Shown piece by piece: positions 1 to 12,744 of a DNA stretch of 62,000 bases. A program made the position numbers and the translations under genes. Origin of the DNA: Lytechinus pictus (taxonomy: Eukaryota); the NCBI RefSeq assembly GCF_037042905.1, contig NC_087245.1, positions 1,612,001 to 1,674,000 on the forward strand. The letters run 5' to 3'. Under the pieces are notes generated by a model. The model searched no databases and was not told the DNA's origin. It saw nothing but the letters and a program-made list of their open reading frames with translations. Each line of letters starts with the position of its first letter. The first letter of the stretch is position 1.

Positions 1-310
1 TGATGCTGTAGAATATTATGAACTCGTTATTCTTGTATTTACTTGATGACACACCTCATGTCATTCGGGTGAACTGTGTTTTTCAATAGGGCAATGACGA
101 TTGAAGGTCACCAAGTCCACCCCCCACCCCAAAAAAAAAGAAGGCTGATATTAATTGACAGTGAAATAAATTGTGCTCCAGTTATGGAAAAAAATATGTA
201 GGAAAGATATACATACATATATATTCAAATGAAAGGAAATCAGATCTTCATGGTTGCTCAGAGTAATAATAGTCTTTTTTATATTGCACCATTTCCTATT
301 TCTTTTGCAG

Positions 311-3300
311 TGTGCAAGTTGCCGTCAGGAAGCTAATTACTTCTGCTGCTGGAACACTAGCTATTGTAGTTATAATTGTCAGGAGCGTCATTGGCAAAAG
401 CATGAGAAGAAGTGTCAGCAGAAATCTGGGAATTTCCCATTTGCCCCTTCTGCAGCTGTGGTAAGTTCAATTCCTGAGAGTTTTTCTCATGAGCGTTCGA
501 CTTATTTGAATCAATTAAGATGCTATGAGATGTGTGATTTAACCCTGAATAGACTGGGCTATTTTGATGCCTACATGTAAGAAGAGCCCCCCTTATGATC
601 TTGGTCATCGATCGCGACGAAAATAAGCATGCGCGTTACCCATGGCATAATCTATAAAACTAAGATCAAATTCTGCGAAAAATGTTATTGCAAATTAATT
701 ATGCTAATTTATGCATAAAATCAATTAACTAAATAATGCCCCTAAAATGCTAATTTTTGGTTCACACTCTTTATAGGAATCTGATCAAATGTACTTTAAA
801 AAGATTTCAACATCACATTTATTTTCTTATGTATTTCATTGTTTTCTAAATTTCTTATGCATTTCTTTGTTTTTTTACTTTTTGTTTTTTATTGTTTTTT
901 CAATGGAAATTGTTGGGGACTTTGTTTTGACCATAAACAAGATGAAATCAATTGATTTTAATTAGTAAAAGAAAAAATAATGATACATTTTTTAATTTTG
1001 GATAAAAATACTGTTTGCATTGGATTTGTACACAAATTCACGTTTTTGAGCAATTTTTGGTCTGCATGCACTTACAAAATGGTGCGTAATTTTAGAACCG
1101 CGTACCCGGGGATCACAATTTGGTCTCAAAAGTGGCGCGAGACTTGAAAGCAAATAGTCAGCGATGCGGTCAAAAAAATTTGTGCAGCGAATTTATCACG
1201 AAAAATGTCTTATTAGGGTTAAAATGAAGCTTGTTTTTTCTTGATTTTTTTTCATTACCTGAATATATTGAAATATTTTATAATGAAAACTGAGTGAAAT
1301 CTGATGACGTTGGTTTATTAAATGCACACCTGGGGAGTATTTCATCAACATTTTTTGTCTGACAATTTGTCAGGTCTGAAAATTTCCCTTGATTTGGATT
1401 GGCACAGTTCCCATGGTCATTGTCAGATAAAACAGGACTTGTCGCATAAAACGTCTGACAAGTCTTTTTATGAAATGCTCACCAGAGCTCTGTTAATTCT
1501 AGCTCCTATGAACATGAAATAATAGCGGTCGTAAGCATATATCTTCATTCATTCATTTGATTTTATTCAGGATCCCTATGACCCCTATCGAAAGAAGAAA
1601 AAGAAGAAGAAGAGGGCAAGAGAGGAAGAACAGGCCTGGCTGAAAGAGTATGGTTTTGGTGGTGAAGAAAGCGACGATGACCCAACATGGGAACCTGACC
1701 CAGAGGTATAAATCATCTTTATCCCCCGGGGGGTGGGGCGTCATTGTGGAATGTGCATCATCCACATGTATGAATAAACATAAAAAAGGGGGCTTGGGTG
1801 GTTCACCAGTCAGGAAACACATGTGTTGCAGTAACGATATAAACATTCTTTTCAGAGAAAGGGCATCAAATTCAGTGATATCAAGAAAAGGAAGATCTGT
1901 AGAAAGAGTAAGAAATTGATAGACCCAGTCACAACAAAAAGATCCTATCCCTTTGTGAAATGACATGAAAATACACAGGGCAAGGTCACAGGTGAGAAAA
2001 GGTAGCCTATGCAGGGGACTGCAAAGGAAATCAAATGATGTCAAGCTTGCAATTATAGGAACAGAAGAAAATAAAATACATTTACCATTCTTTTAATCAA
2101 CAAACAATATGCTCTCTGCAGGATTATCCAACTATGGTTGCGCGGAAGAAAAAATATACACTTCCTACAAGCAATACTAACAGTAACCTTAATGCCTTGA
2201 GGAAGCCCAATCCTGGCCAGTACATTCCCAATCGCTCGTGGACACTGCCACCAGGAAGTGTCGCATCTCATCAAAATGTGAAGATGGCATCCATGACCTC
2301 TCCAATGGGAACCCAGCAAGTCAATCCTGCATCAAAGATAATCACACAGACACCCTCTAAGGTGGTAAGTTTTGTATTCCTACTAATATATCTCTGGTAC
2401 AGACCCATGTACCTCCTTTTTATATCTCCCGCCAAACAAAGTTTGATGATTGTCAGTGGTTTGCGCATTTGCAATAAATATTGGTATACCTGTTGTCCAC
2501 AAAAACTTATTTTTGTTGCATAAATAGCATAATTGTGGAAAATCCTGTTTTTTTTTTAAATGTTGAAGAATGGGATTATATAGAAAATGTTTCGGACAGG
2601 GTTTGTGCTGATTTTTAGCGTGATCGTGAAAATGGCAGCCAATATTTTGAGCTTTCTAAATTCAGTCATCAAAATTGCAGTCTTTTTAAAGCTCAGTAAA
2701 GCTCCTGAATTTCATTTTCTTGTCTAGGTATATACATGTACTTTTTTTCAAAATTCTCATTGAATATAAGAAAGTGATAAGGATGATATTTTTTTCTTAT
2801 TATTCCATGATTTCTTGATTTAATTCCTTATGTATTATTATTTATTTACTTCTTGTATTTTAGTATTTTTCAGTGAAATATGTTGGCGATGATATTTATA
2901 TCATAACAAGCATGAAATTAATCAATAATCATAGAATAAAGAATAATCACCTATTCATAAAATAGATTGAAAGATTGTTTGAACCTAAAATCATGTTATT
3001 GTCAAATTTGTTAGTCCAACACCCAATTACAAAATTTTAAGTAAATTTTGAACCATGTGCACTGCACAGACTTACAAGCAAATGAAGTCTCAAAAGATGA
3101 GCAAGATTGACAAGTCCATTGCAGCTTGTGAATATTAAAAGGTCAAGGATCACAACAGAAATGTATTGATTCCCTCATCAATTCACTTCATTTTATTCAA
3201 ACATTTAACAATTAATTTGATAAATATGCCCAGTGGCCTGGGAACGAGGGGGTGGTGGTTTGTAAAGAAAAATCTAACAAGCCCCCCCCCCCCTAAAAAA

Positions 3301-4675
3301 TAGGTTTCAGTTGTGAATAAGGGAGAATTTCATTAAATTTAAATAAAAGGTTCCCCTGTACCAATCTACCGAGCACCCCGTCTATGAAAACATCAGCAAA
3401 TGCTTACAACAACAAGCCAAGAGAAAAAAAAATCCTTTATGCATAATTTCCAGCAGAAACTTTGCTTTTTTTGCAGCTAGAAATGCCTTGAGTCTGCTAT
3501 CAGTATGTCTTTCAAGCAATCTTTTTCTATATCTATAGATGAGTGCAAATGACAAGCAACAGAAAGTGCCTGTATGCTATGCATACAGATTTAATTAAGC
3601 CTTTGCTTGGTGTCCGTCTTGTTTTTTATTGCTCTAACATGAAGCAATTGCTATTATTTATTTATGTGGCTCATTAACCCATGCATACAGCCATTATCAT
3701 GTCTAATGATGACTGTAATCCCTGTTTCAAACTTAATGCCCCCAGTGTCTAAAACATGTAGATTCAGAGAAACAAAAGTGGATAAACCAAGTGTCTCCTG
3801 TTAGATAATTCTGTCACAGTTGTGTATATATAATTAAACAATGGGTTAAATCATGATTTAACACCTTTGCTAAAATTTGCTGTATTGTTAAGTCAATGTT
3901 TTACTTTTCTGTACAGATGTACATGCCACCAGTGCAACAGAATGGGCCACAAGTCATCGGCCAGAATGCTTCTACGGGGCAAGTTGTAATCAACTCTCAT
4001 CAGAAACCTGTGAATTTTATTCCTGGTCCAAGGAATGATCTGTCTAAGCAACCTAATGTAGTTTATGTTGGGACTAGCAAACCAGGGATACAGATGGCAT
4101 ACCCTACTACCAACCTCACCATGCAGGCCAATCCTGGTATCAGCGGTGGAATACAAAATCATGGCACTCCTAACATGCCTTTCAAATTACAGATGGGATC
4201 AAACAAGTTGCCCATGTCTTCATTGGTCCAAGCACTTGGGCAGCCCGTGCAGCAGGGTAGCAAGTTCTTCATACAGGTCACACCCGGACAGCAAGGCGGC
4301 AATGGCAAGACGGTCAAAGTCTCGCAGATGCCACAACAACCTCTTCAAACTGGCAATATGCCCATCATTCTCAATAATGTGATTGGGGGGTTACCTCAGG
4401 GACAAATTGCCCCTGCTGCGATTGTGAGTGAGAATGTTTTACAGAATATTCAGCCTGTTGGTGGGAAAAAAAGTGTTGTAACGGTTCCAAGGTTGGCTCC
4501 TGGTTCAGCACCAAGTCCAAAGCAGATCGTCATCACTGTACCTAATGCCACAAATACTGCTGTAAGCTCCATCAGTGTACCGTCTGTTGCTCCTGTAGTT
4601 GTTGATAGTAAACCAGTTGGAGGAAATATTCCTCCTGGAATTAAAATGCAAGTGACTTCAACCAAGAATTCTTAA
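311..4675 (+). CDS. ZMYND8: ZMYND8/RACK7-like MYND zinc-finger protein, last four coding exons (5' partial): join(311..460,1571..1705,2122..2364,3917..4675)
   Basis: Exon 311-460 encodes CASCRQEANYFCCWNTSYCSYNCQERHWQKHEKKC, with the CCWNTSYC signature of the ZMYND8/ZMYND11 MYND finger. The HWxxHxxxC spacing and a long tail after the MYND favour ZMYND8. All exons have ag/gt boundaries and phase 0 (150, 135, 243 bp); the last ends at TAA 4673-4675. Exon 2 is DPYDPYRKKKKKKKRAREEEQAWLKEYGFGGEESDDDPTWEPDPE, and the last exon is Q/P/G low complexity. Confidence 0.8.
543..1218. mobile_element. piggyBac-like non-autonomous element (MITE) in ZMYND8-like intron
   Basis: TTAA at 539-542 and 1219-1222. 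Termini read CCCTGAATAGAC and (reverse complement) CCCTAATAAGAC. TTAA TSD with CCY..RGG ends is the piggyBac signature. Confidence 0.7.
1330..1485. mobile_element. Short MITE, family A copy 1
   Basis: TIR CTGGGGAGTATTTCAT ... ATGAAATGCTCACCAG. Homologous to 31491-31652 and 49388-49565. Confidence 0.75.
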
Positions 4676-5108
4676 ATGCACCTTGTAGGGACGCAAGCTA
4701 AGTTGTGGAGTTATATTCAATTTCTTACTTATCACATTTCAGACGTCATAAAATGGCAGCTATTATGTTCATAATGATAATATGAGAAAGGGGTCATGAC
4801 TTGAAACTCATTGAAATGACTGAGGGAAAAAAAAGACTTCACAAACAGCATTAATCCGAATGAGTGTGCATAAAATGGGAAAGTTTATTATTGCAAAATC
4901 AAACATCCTTTTCACATATAAAGAATGAAAGGGGTCATTTCCTACATTCATTATTATATTGATGCTGAAAATGAAATTCTCAATTTGTCAATGTTTCAGC
5001 TTAATGATGTAGTGTGAACATATGTTTTTGTCACATTTAATTTTTATATTTTACATTAGCCAACAATATGGGTTTTTTGTCATATACTTTATAACATCTT
5101 TATAACAT

Positions 5109-5385
5109 CTTGGCCTCGTCTTACAAAGAGTTGCGATTGATCCGATCAACCTCAAATATGGATGGCTAGCAACATCAACGTCTAAAACACAGATTTGTTC
5201 AAAATAATTTCTAGATATGATGTATATTCATACATTCATTGTTCTCTTGAAGATTCAGTGTAATTCACTTTGTTACTAACAAGATTGTGCAAATTTCCTG
5301 TAGAAAAAATTATGGTAAGGATGGATTTCCATACAGTTGAGATTGATTGGATCAGTCATAACTCTTTGTGTAAGATGGGGCCCAG
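5109..5385. mobile_element. MITE (~280 bp) downstream of the ZMYND8-like stop
   Basis: Imperfect ~50-bp TIRs: CTTGGCCTCGTCTTACAAAGAGTTGCGATTGATCCGATCAA ... TTGATTGGATCAGTCATAACTCTTTGTGTAAGATGGGGCCCAG. Confidence 0.7.
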
Positions 5386-5863
5386 ATATCCATTAGGGCA
5401 CTATCTTGTTTATGTTTGTAGGAATGTCATTGTTATTAAATTGTGTATGAAATTCAATTAGGCACATAATTCAGCTTTTGAGAGTTTTTCAAAATCTAGA
5501 AAATTTTTATTTTTTTCCTTCAAATTTCTGTTTGACCATGCCGGATTACCCCCATATAGCACCGAAGCAATGATAACTTTGCATCTCAGCATTTTTTAAG
5601 CATTCTTTGGCGGAGCATGATGACAATCATCCACAACCAAAATTTGGTTGGAATTTGTCTGATTGGACCCAAGATGTGGCCATATACCTAGCTGCTTTGA
5701 AATCTGTGTAACAAGGCCTGGTTCCAAACGGTTATGAACCAGGCCGATTTCCACTGATTTCAATTTCATTTGGACATATCTTGGACTACCATGTTTGGAG
5801 GTTTTCCACCATTGCTCGAACAAAGTATTGGCATGAAAATGCTGAATTGCACCTAAAGAAAAT

Positions 5864-6155
5864 TCTCTCTTCCTCTTCTTCCTTCCCCCCCTCTTCCTCT
5901 CTCTTTTTTTTTCTTTTCGTCCTTTCTCCTTCTTCCTCTTTTTCTTCTCTTGTTTCCCCCTCCTTCTCTCTTTTCTTTTTCTCTTCCTTTTCCCCTTCCT
6001 CTCTTTTTTTTCTTCTGTTTTCTCCCTCTTCCTCTCTCTTTTTTTTTCTTCTCTTCTTTCCCCCTCTTCCTCTCTTTTTTCGTCTCTTCCTTCCCCTTCT
6101 TCCTCTCTTTTTTCTTCTCTTGTTTTTTCTTCTTTCCTTTCCCCCTTTTCCTCTT
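5864..6155. repeat. Polypyrimidine (CT-rich) low-complexity tract
   Basis: About 290 bp almost entirely C/T on the + strand. It produces the spurious F/S/L-rich and K/R/E-rich ORFs. Confidence 0.9.
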
Positions 6156-6341
6156 ACAATTATATAAAACATTAACAGTGGCATAATTGACTATTTGTCC
6201 ACAAGGTTATGAACACTAAAGTTTAGATAAAACTATATGAATAGTTTTCATCATTCAGAGAAAATAGTGATGTAGATGATTTTTGTCTCACCTGCATAGC
6301 AGAGTGAGACTATAGGCTCCGCTTTTCCGACGGCGGCGGCG

Positions 6342-7570
6342 CACAATGGGCCGGGGCGAAACAAAAGTGCGCCAAAAGTCATTTTGGGCAATTTCAGATT
6401 TTTAATTTTTGTCATGCCCAGCTGAAAGATAACACTTTGAAGAATACTTCAGCAAAATATTTCATTCTGGAATTTGCATAAAGGTTGTTAATTTCATACC
6501 TCAAATCGTAAAATGTGACATATTGCGAAATGTCGCGTATATGACAACCTAGTTGAAAAACAGGTTATTTCACAGGAGGTTTTTCTTGTAGGAATCTGAA
6601 ATGGCTCCCACATAATCCTGATATATTCTTTTTTCGTGTGAAAGGGTTCAAAGTAGATAAAAGACATCTTTCAGGAGGTTTATAGGATGATTATTTCTCG
6701 AAATAGGCTGAAAATCCTTGTTTTTTGCATTTACATAAGAAACGTTTGGATTTCCGTGTATTTCCGTCTAAATTCTATAAGCATCATTTTTTCCGATGTC
6801 TAAGCTTTAAGTCGATACTAAATTTAGCTGCCCGTTTTTGCCCGTTTTCATGTTAGAGCCGATTTTACTTGACACAACACCCCCAAAACCTGCTAAAAAA
6901 CGGTAATTTTTATACCGCGCAGTCATCGTAGCGCACCGTATGGGTGTACATTGCCGTTCGCTTTTGCAGGCGAGGAAGATTCCCCTTCCATTCCATGAAA
7001 ATGACAAAAAATCCGGGCATAATATAAATAAAATAAAGGTTGCTAACGCAAATGAGGGCTATACCCACAACTCTTCCAGAGATAAAACTTACTTGTAGAA
7101 TAATTTCAGCCAAAAACCCTCCTCATAGTAATACATTCGTGGTGTTATATACTCTGCGTTTTACACAAGTCAACATAGCTTGATAAAGCACGGTTAATAT
7201 TTTTCAGATTTTAAAGTTGTTTTTAATATAAATCTAATTAATGATAATTTTGATGCCATAAAATTATTTTTGACATCTCATACACACTTTTTAGGCATGC
7301 GAGAAGCATAAACCAACATTCACTCTGGTCAATCTTAAACTAGTACATAACACAAAGTTTATATACTACACATTGTTTAGCGTAATCTGTCTTTTCACAG
7401 ACAGGTTTTAAGTAGCCAATCAAAATTTGGTATCAAGGTGACGTCATATCGGCTTTAAATTATGTTCAGTCGATTCTACGCCCAAAATTACCCATAATCA
7501 ACATGTTAAAGTAAAAATCTAACACGGAATATAATTTTGACGCACTTTCAACTCATTCTGGCCCACTGTG
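6342..7570. mobile_element. Transib-like non-autonomous DNA transposon nested in the HINE
   Basis: Ends CACAATGGGCC and (reverse complement) CACAGTGGGCC, with a second shared block AAAGTGCG(C/T)CAAAA. The 5-bp GC-rich TSD is CGGCG (6337-6341) / CTGCG (7571-7575). CAC termini plus a 5-bp TSD match Transib. No transposase ORF. Confidence 0.75.
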
Positions 7571-7979
7571 CTGCGGGGCGTCAACACCAAATCTTAACCA
7601 AAGGTTAAGTTTTTTAAATGACTGCATAACTTAGAAAGTATATGGACCTAGTTCATGAAACTTGGCCATAAGGTTAATCAAGTATTACTGAACATCCTGC
7701 CTGAGTTTCATGTCACATGACCAAGGTCAAAGGTCATTTAGGGTCAATGAACTTTGGCCAAATTGGGGGTATCTGTTGAATTACCATCATAACTTTGAAA
7801 GTTTATGGATCTGATTCATGAAACTTAGACATAATAGTAATCAAGTATCACTGAACATCCTTTGCAAATTTCAGGTCACATGACCAAGGTCAATGGTCAT
7901 TTAGGGTCAATAAACTTTGGCCAAATTGGGGGTATTTGTTGAATTACCATCATAACTTTGAAAGTATATTGGTATAGTT

Positions 7980-8054
7980 ATATATCTGTAAAGCGCTTAG
8001 ACACGTCGTTCCGATGTATTAAGCGCTATATAAAAAACGGATTATTATTATTAT
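7980..8054 (+). mobile_element. Very short 3' end of an L2-type LINE/SINE inserted in a HINE repeat unit
   Basis: TGTAAAGCGCTTAGA...TAAGCGCTATATAAA followed by an (ATT)n tail. TSD TATAGTT at 7973-7979 and 8055-8061. Confidence 0.65.
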
Positions 8055-10585
8055 TATAGTTCATAAAACTTGGACATAAGAGTAATCAAGTATCACTGAA
8101 CATCCTGTGTGCATTTCAGGTCACATGACAAAGGTCAATGAACTTTGGCCGTAATGGGGGTATCTGTTGAATTACCATCATAACTTTGAAAGTTTATGGA
8201 TCTGACTCATGAAACTTGGACATAAGAGTAATCAAGTATCACTAAACATCCTGTGCGAGTTTCAGGTCACATGACCAAGGTCAAAGGTCAATGGATATTG
8301 GCCATGTTGGGGGTATTTGTTGAATTACCATCATAACTATGTAAGTATATTGGTCTAGTTCATAAAACTTGGACATAAGAGTTGTCAAGTATCACTGAAC
8401 ATCTCATGCGAGTTTCAGGTCACATGACCAAAGTCATAGGTCATTTAAGGTCATTGAACTTTGGCCATTTTAGAGGTAATTATTAGATTGCTGTCATAAC
8501 TTTCAAAGTTTATAGATATAGTGTATAAAATGTGGATATAGGGGTAATCAAGTATCACTGACAAGTTTTAGGTCACATGATCAAGGTCCAATGTCAATGA
8601 ATGTAATATTGTATCATTATATGAATGGTGTTTTTCAAAGTCAGCACTGCTGCTATATTGAATCGCGTGATGCAGGTGAGACCGCCAGAGGCATTCCACT
8701 TGTTTTTCAATGCATGACTATTTTTGTCTTAACAAATCACCGGAATTTATGAATTTCTGTTTGAGAAGGGAAGATTTTTTCTTGTTGCAAACCCTTCAGA
8801 GGATAGGTAATTGAGATTATTTATTTCAATAATAGGAGGAATTCATATAAAGATATAGATATTTTCAGCTAAAACAGTGAAGAGAAAGATAGACTGTTGA
8901 CATTACAGACTTAAAAATATGTTCTCTTTTGATGGTAAAACAAGTTTTCCTATAGAAGAAAAGATGTTGATCACCTTTTTTAATTATGATTTGTAGTAAA
9001 TTACAAAATTGTTATCAATATACATTGAACACTCCATGAGTTACAAAAACTTTCACGAATATCTTGGGAATCAATTTTTGTTTTGTATAAAAAAAAAACA
9101 GGTTTTTGTACATTTTCGTTCGTATTTGGATTATGATAAAATTGCCTGTTCATAAAGTCATCTTCCTTTTCTGCATACTTCAGTTTAAGCTATGAAATGT
9201 TGTAAGGTGAAAATGGTAAGGAAAGAGGGAAAGGGAAAGAGAAACGAAATATTAGTGAACGGAAGGAAGAGGGAATGAATGAATGAATGATAGAAGATCG
9301 AGAGAAGTATTGTGAGAGAGAGAATGAACATTTTGATAGAGAATATAAGGAGGGAGGGGGTAAATTTTCAGATTCAGATTATCATTTATTTGGTATAACA
9401 TAAAATCAAGTTACAATAATTTATATAAACTTGATTTTATCTTGAATAAATGAGGAAAGATTACAATGATACAATTACAGTGAATAAAGAGATAAATGAA
9501 CAGTTGTAGAGGGGATGAATGAATGTGAGAAAAAGAGAGATGAGAAAGTAAAACAATAAAAGTGAAGAGAGTTAGAGAAGATAGAAAGAAATGAGCAGTA
9601 AGAGAAAGGGATGGATGATAGGGGAATGAGAGTGAAATAAGAGTGGGCCTGGAGAGGGGTGAGATAGTGAGAAATAAACAGAGAAAGAAATATTATGTAA
9701 AGAGCCTGCAAGATATATGGAAATGATGATAGAGTGAAAAAATAAAATTGAGATTAAATATATAGAAACAGATATCTAAAAATGATAAGTGTAAAACAGA
9801 GAATTCTTGAACAAATCTTAGGTGAGATCAGTGAGAATGAATTCATGAGTCGAGCAAGATTCTGATCAAAACACTTGAAAGATGGAGATCCAAGGGAAAG
9901 AGAATAAGAATGAGCAATAACATAAGGCAGAGAAAATATAAATTAGTCTCATTGATAATTGATGTAAATTCCACTCTCATCTCTGACAATGCATTGGCAC
10001 TGTACTCTTCCAATAACGCGTGTTACGTAACAGACAAGCCTGTTTCTGAAAATTGAGCCCATTTACGTCCCACTGGGATAGCGGCAAACTGACGGTGATA
10101 CATCGCTTGATCGAACGCCACGCGCCGACTGAATCTGTCGCCTTTGTCTTCGGCGAAGATGAGTACAGTGGATTAAAGTTGATGCTTAGCTGAAATCTGG
10201 ATGAAAAAAAAAACATAAGAGGTTGTTTTACTACATATGAGAACTGATGTTTTGGAGCCGTTCAAGTGGCGATTTAATCTTCCCTCTATCAGTCTCTTTT
10301 GCGATTTCAAATTTTCTATTTTTTTATTCACTTCACTCTTCATCTCTTTCAATCTTACAGGTCACTGTCGGTCTTGATCTGTCCATGTATCTTACTCTTA
10401 AATCGATATTATATAACCTTTCACCGTAGTTAGAACTGTAGGTCCATGCTTAGACCCCCTTTCCCTTGTTTACTATTGATGAGGAGATAACATTTGGAGC
10501 ATTTGAGATCATGGGCATCACTTTTCCCCCCAACATTTACTATTTCGTTTCCAAAAAATGTGTGTACCAGTTCATTCGATTTTAA

Positions 10586-11183
10586 AGGTCAAGTCCACCC
10601 CAGATAAATGTGGATCTGAATAGAGAAAATCAAACAAGCATTTCGCTGAAAATTTAATCAAAATCGGATGTAAAACAAGAAAGTTATGGCATTTTAAAGT
10701 TTCGCTTATTTTTCACAAAACAGTGATATGCATAACTCAGTGACATGCAAATGAGTCAATCGATGATGTCCATCACTCACTATTTCTCTTGTTTTTTTTA
10801 TTGTTTGAATTATACAATATTACATTTTTTTACAGATTTGACAATAAGGACCAACTTGACTGAACCATATAGCATTAAACAGTGTTAATTCCACATGTTC
10901 AGAGAGGAATTAATCGTTGTTTGACTTGACAATGAGGAGAAGATTAGAATATTTCATATTTCATACAATTAAATACAAAGGAAATAGTGAGTGGATTACG
11001 TCATCAGTCTCCTCATTTGCATACCCACCAGGATGTGCATATCATACTGTTTTGTGAAATTAGGCGAAACTTTAAAATGTCATAACTTTCTTATTTTACA
11101 TCCGATTTTGATGAAATTTTCAGTGTTATGCTTGTTGAATTTGTCTCTTTTTATTAAAATCAACTTTTGGTTGGAGATGGCAC
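10586..11183. mobile_element. Kolobok-like MITE, family K copy 1 (right end degenerate)
   Basis: TTAA|AGGTCAAGTCCACCCC start, long subterminal IRs (TCAAAATCGGATGTAAAA / TTTTACATCCGATTTTGA), homologous to 42501-43095. Confidence 0.7.
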
Positions 11184-12121
11184 TCATCCCCTCGCCTCAA
11201 GAACCTGGCTTCGTAATCAGATCTGGCTATCGCTTTTGTATGTTCTTAAACAACTAAGGACAAAACCTGCATATAGCAATAGCAATATGCTTGGGCACTT
11301 AATTTGTTTTGTTATTGCCCCTTTAATATATATCTGCGGTAAATATAAGTCCGATTTCAATGTTTTATTCTAATAGTTACTTCGGACAACTCTCTGACAT
11401 TATACGCTTTCAGGCTTAGCTACCCCCCCCCCCCCCCCCCCTCTTTCAAAAAATCTACATCAACAAATAAAGAACACGATCGCCCATTTATTCTTTGATT
11501 TCCAAAACAAAGGATGTTAAATCGATATCCTCAAGTTGCTTCGAGAAACCATTTTAAGTCCATCTTTAGTACCTTTGGCTGGCGCGTGGCAATTGAGAAA
11601 AAAATCTTAAATGATAAAGATTGAGGAGAAAATCAGCCAAGGAACTCGTATTGGTTAACAATAGCCCAGTGAAAGTGGAAGACCGGATTATTTAAAGTAG
11701 GCACGCGTCTTCACTAATCTGGTTAAAATGAGTTGTTACAGTGTACCTCATAGCTGAACGCGTTCATTCTTTAACGAGATTCATTCAATCTGTATCAGGG
11801 TTTTAAAGAACGAGTGCTGAAATCGCATTACTGTTGCCGTTTTGTAAAGTTGTGAATCACTGCTTTGTTTTCATTCATTGTCGACTTTTATGTTCCAAAA
11901 TTAAAATTAGTATGATTCAAATTAAGCTCCTCATATCTTGATGGATAGAGAAATGTTCGTTTATTAGAATAGTCAGCAAGCACATGCAACAATTCATTAA
12001 CCTTACACATCTTTTTCAACAGTTCAAGATATTTCGTTCCGCTTTTTACGAACATGACAAAGTGAGGGTGACACCCAACGCAAATATTATATTTTCATTT
12101 GTGAATTTGAATATATTGGTA

Positions 12122-12363
12122 CGATGCAAAACTCCGGTGTTGATTTAACGCCAGCCCGGAATCTATATATGTCCAAACCAGATAAGTGTTAAACAACACC
12201 GGTTTTGGTGTTAGTCTTACACCAGATAGGTGTTTATACACCACCAATTAGTATCAAAACAGCATCGGTTTGATTCCAAACTGGTGTTGTTTCAATACTT
12301 CTCTGGTGTGGACATATATAGATTCCGAGCTGGTGTTAAATCAACACCGGAGTTTTTGCAGTG
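12122..12363. mobile_element. CACTA/EnSpm-like palindromic MITE
   Basis: Near-perfect hairpin TGCAAAACTCCGGTGTTGATTTAAC...GTTAAATCAACACCGGAGTTTTTGCAGTG. The right end reads CACTGCAAAAA; the left end is degenerate. Confidence 0.7.
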
Positions 12364-12744
12364 TAATATTTTTGTATGTCTATAGACATACAATATATAC
12401 AATAAATGGTATAGGGCCTATTAGCGATTCGGAACTACAGAATGTATAGGGACTATTCACTTATGATTATCTTTTTAACCCAGCAAATGAAAATACGGGA
12501 TAATATGACAGCTTCTATGATGTATCAAAATTGAATATTCAAGTTTTCCCTCCCATTAAAAAGAAAAAACCTGTTAACATAATCGACGCTAAAAGACTAT
12601 ATCTTAGGCCTACTCTTTATAATAGTGTTGCAATATTACACCTTCCCACAAAATATTGATCTCGAAGGGTCATGGATGGTTGTGATGGTGCTGTGGCGGT
12701 AATTCATTATGCTTGGCTACTAGTGGCGATCAGAAACCAAATGA

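Larger units (their letters stand above)
6281..8704 (+). mobile_element. Non-autonomous Helentron-type element (HINE/DINE-1-like) with central ~160-bp tandem array
   Basis: Subterminal IR GTCTCACCTGCAT (6285-6297) / ATGCAGGTGAGAC (8670-8682), a 5' partner IR GTGAGAC, a (GGC)n microsatellite, about 6 tandem units of ~153-164 bp (7626-8600), a 3' mini hairpin GCCagaGGC, and T-rich flanks without a TSD. Confidence 0.75.

Noticed and set aside
5781..6186. ORFs rich in F/S/L or K/R/E
   Set aside because: Translations of a polypyrimidine tract.
6807..7113. Transposase or RAG remnants inside the Transib-like element
   Set aside because: The short ORFs show no recognisable DDE or RAG1 motifs by eye. 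A translated search would be needed to exclude decayed remnants.
9215..9720. Purine-rich region with a minus-strand ORF
   Set aside because: Low-complexity GA-rich sequence with no splice or domain support.
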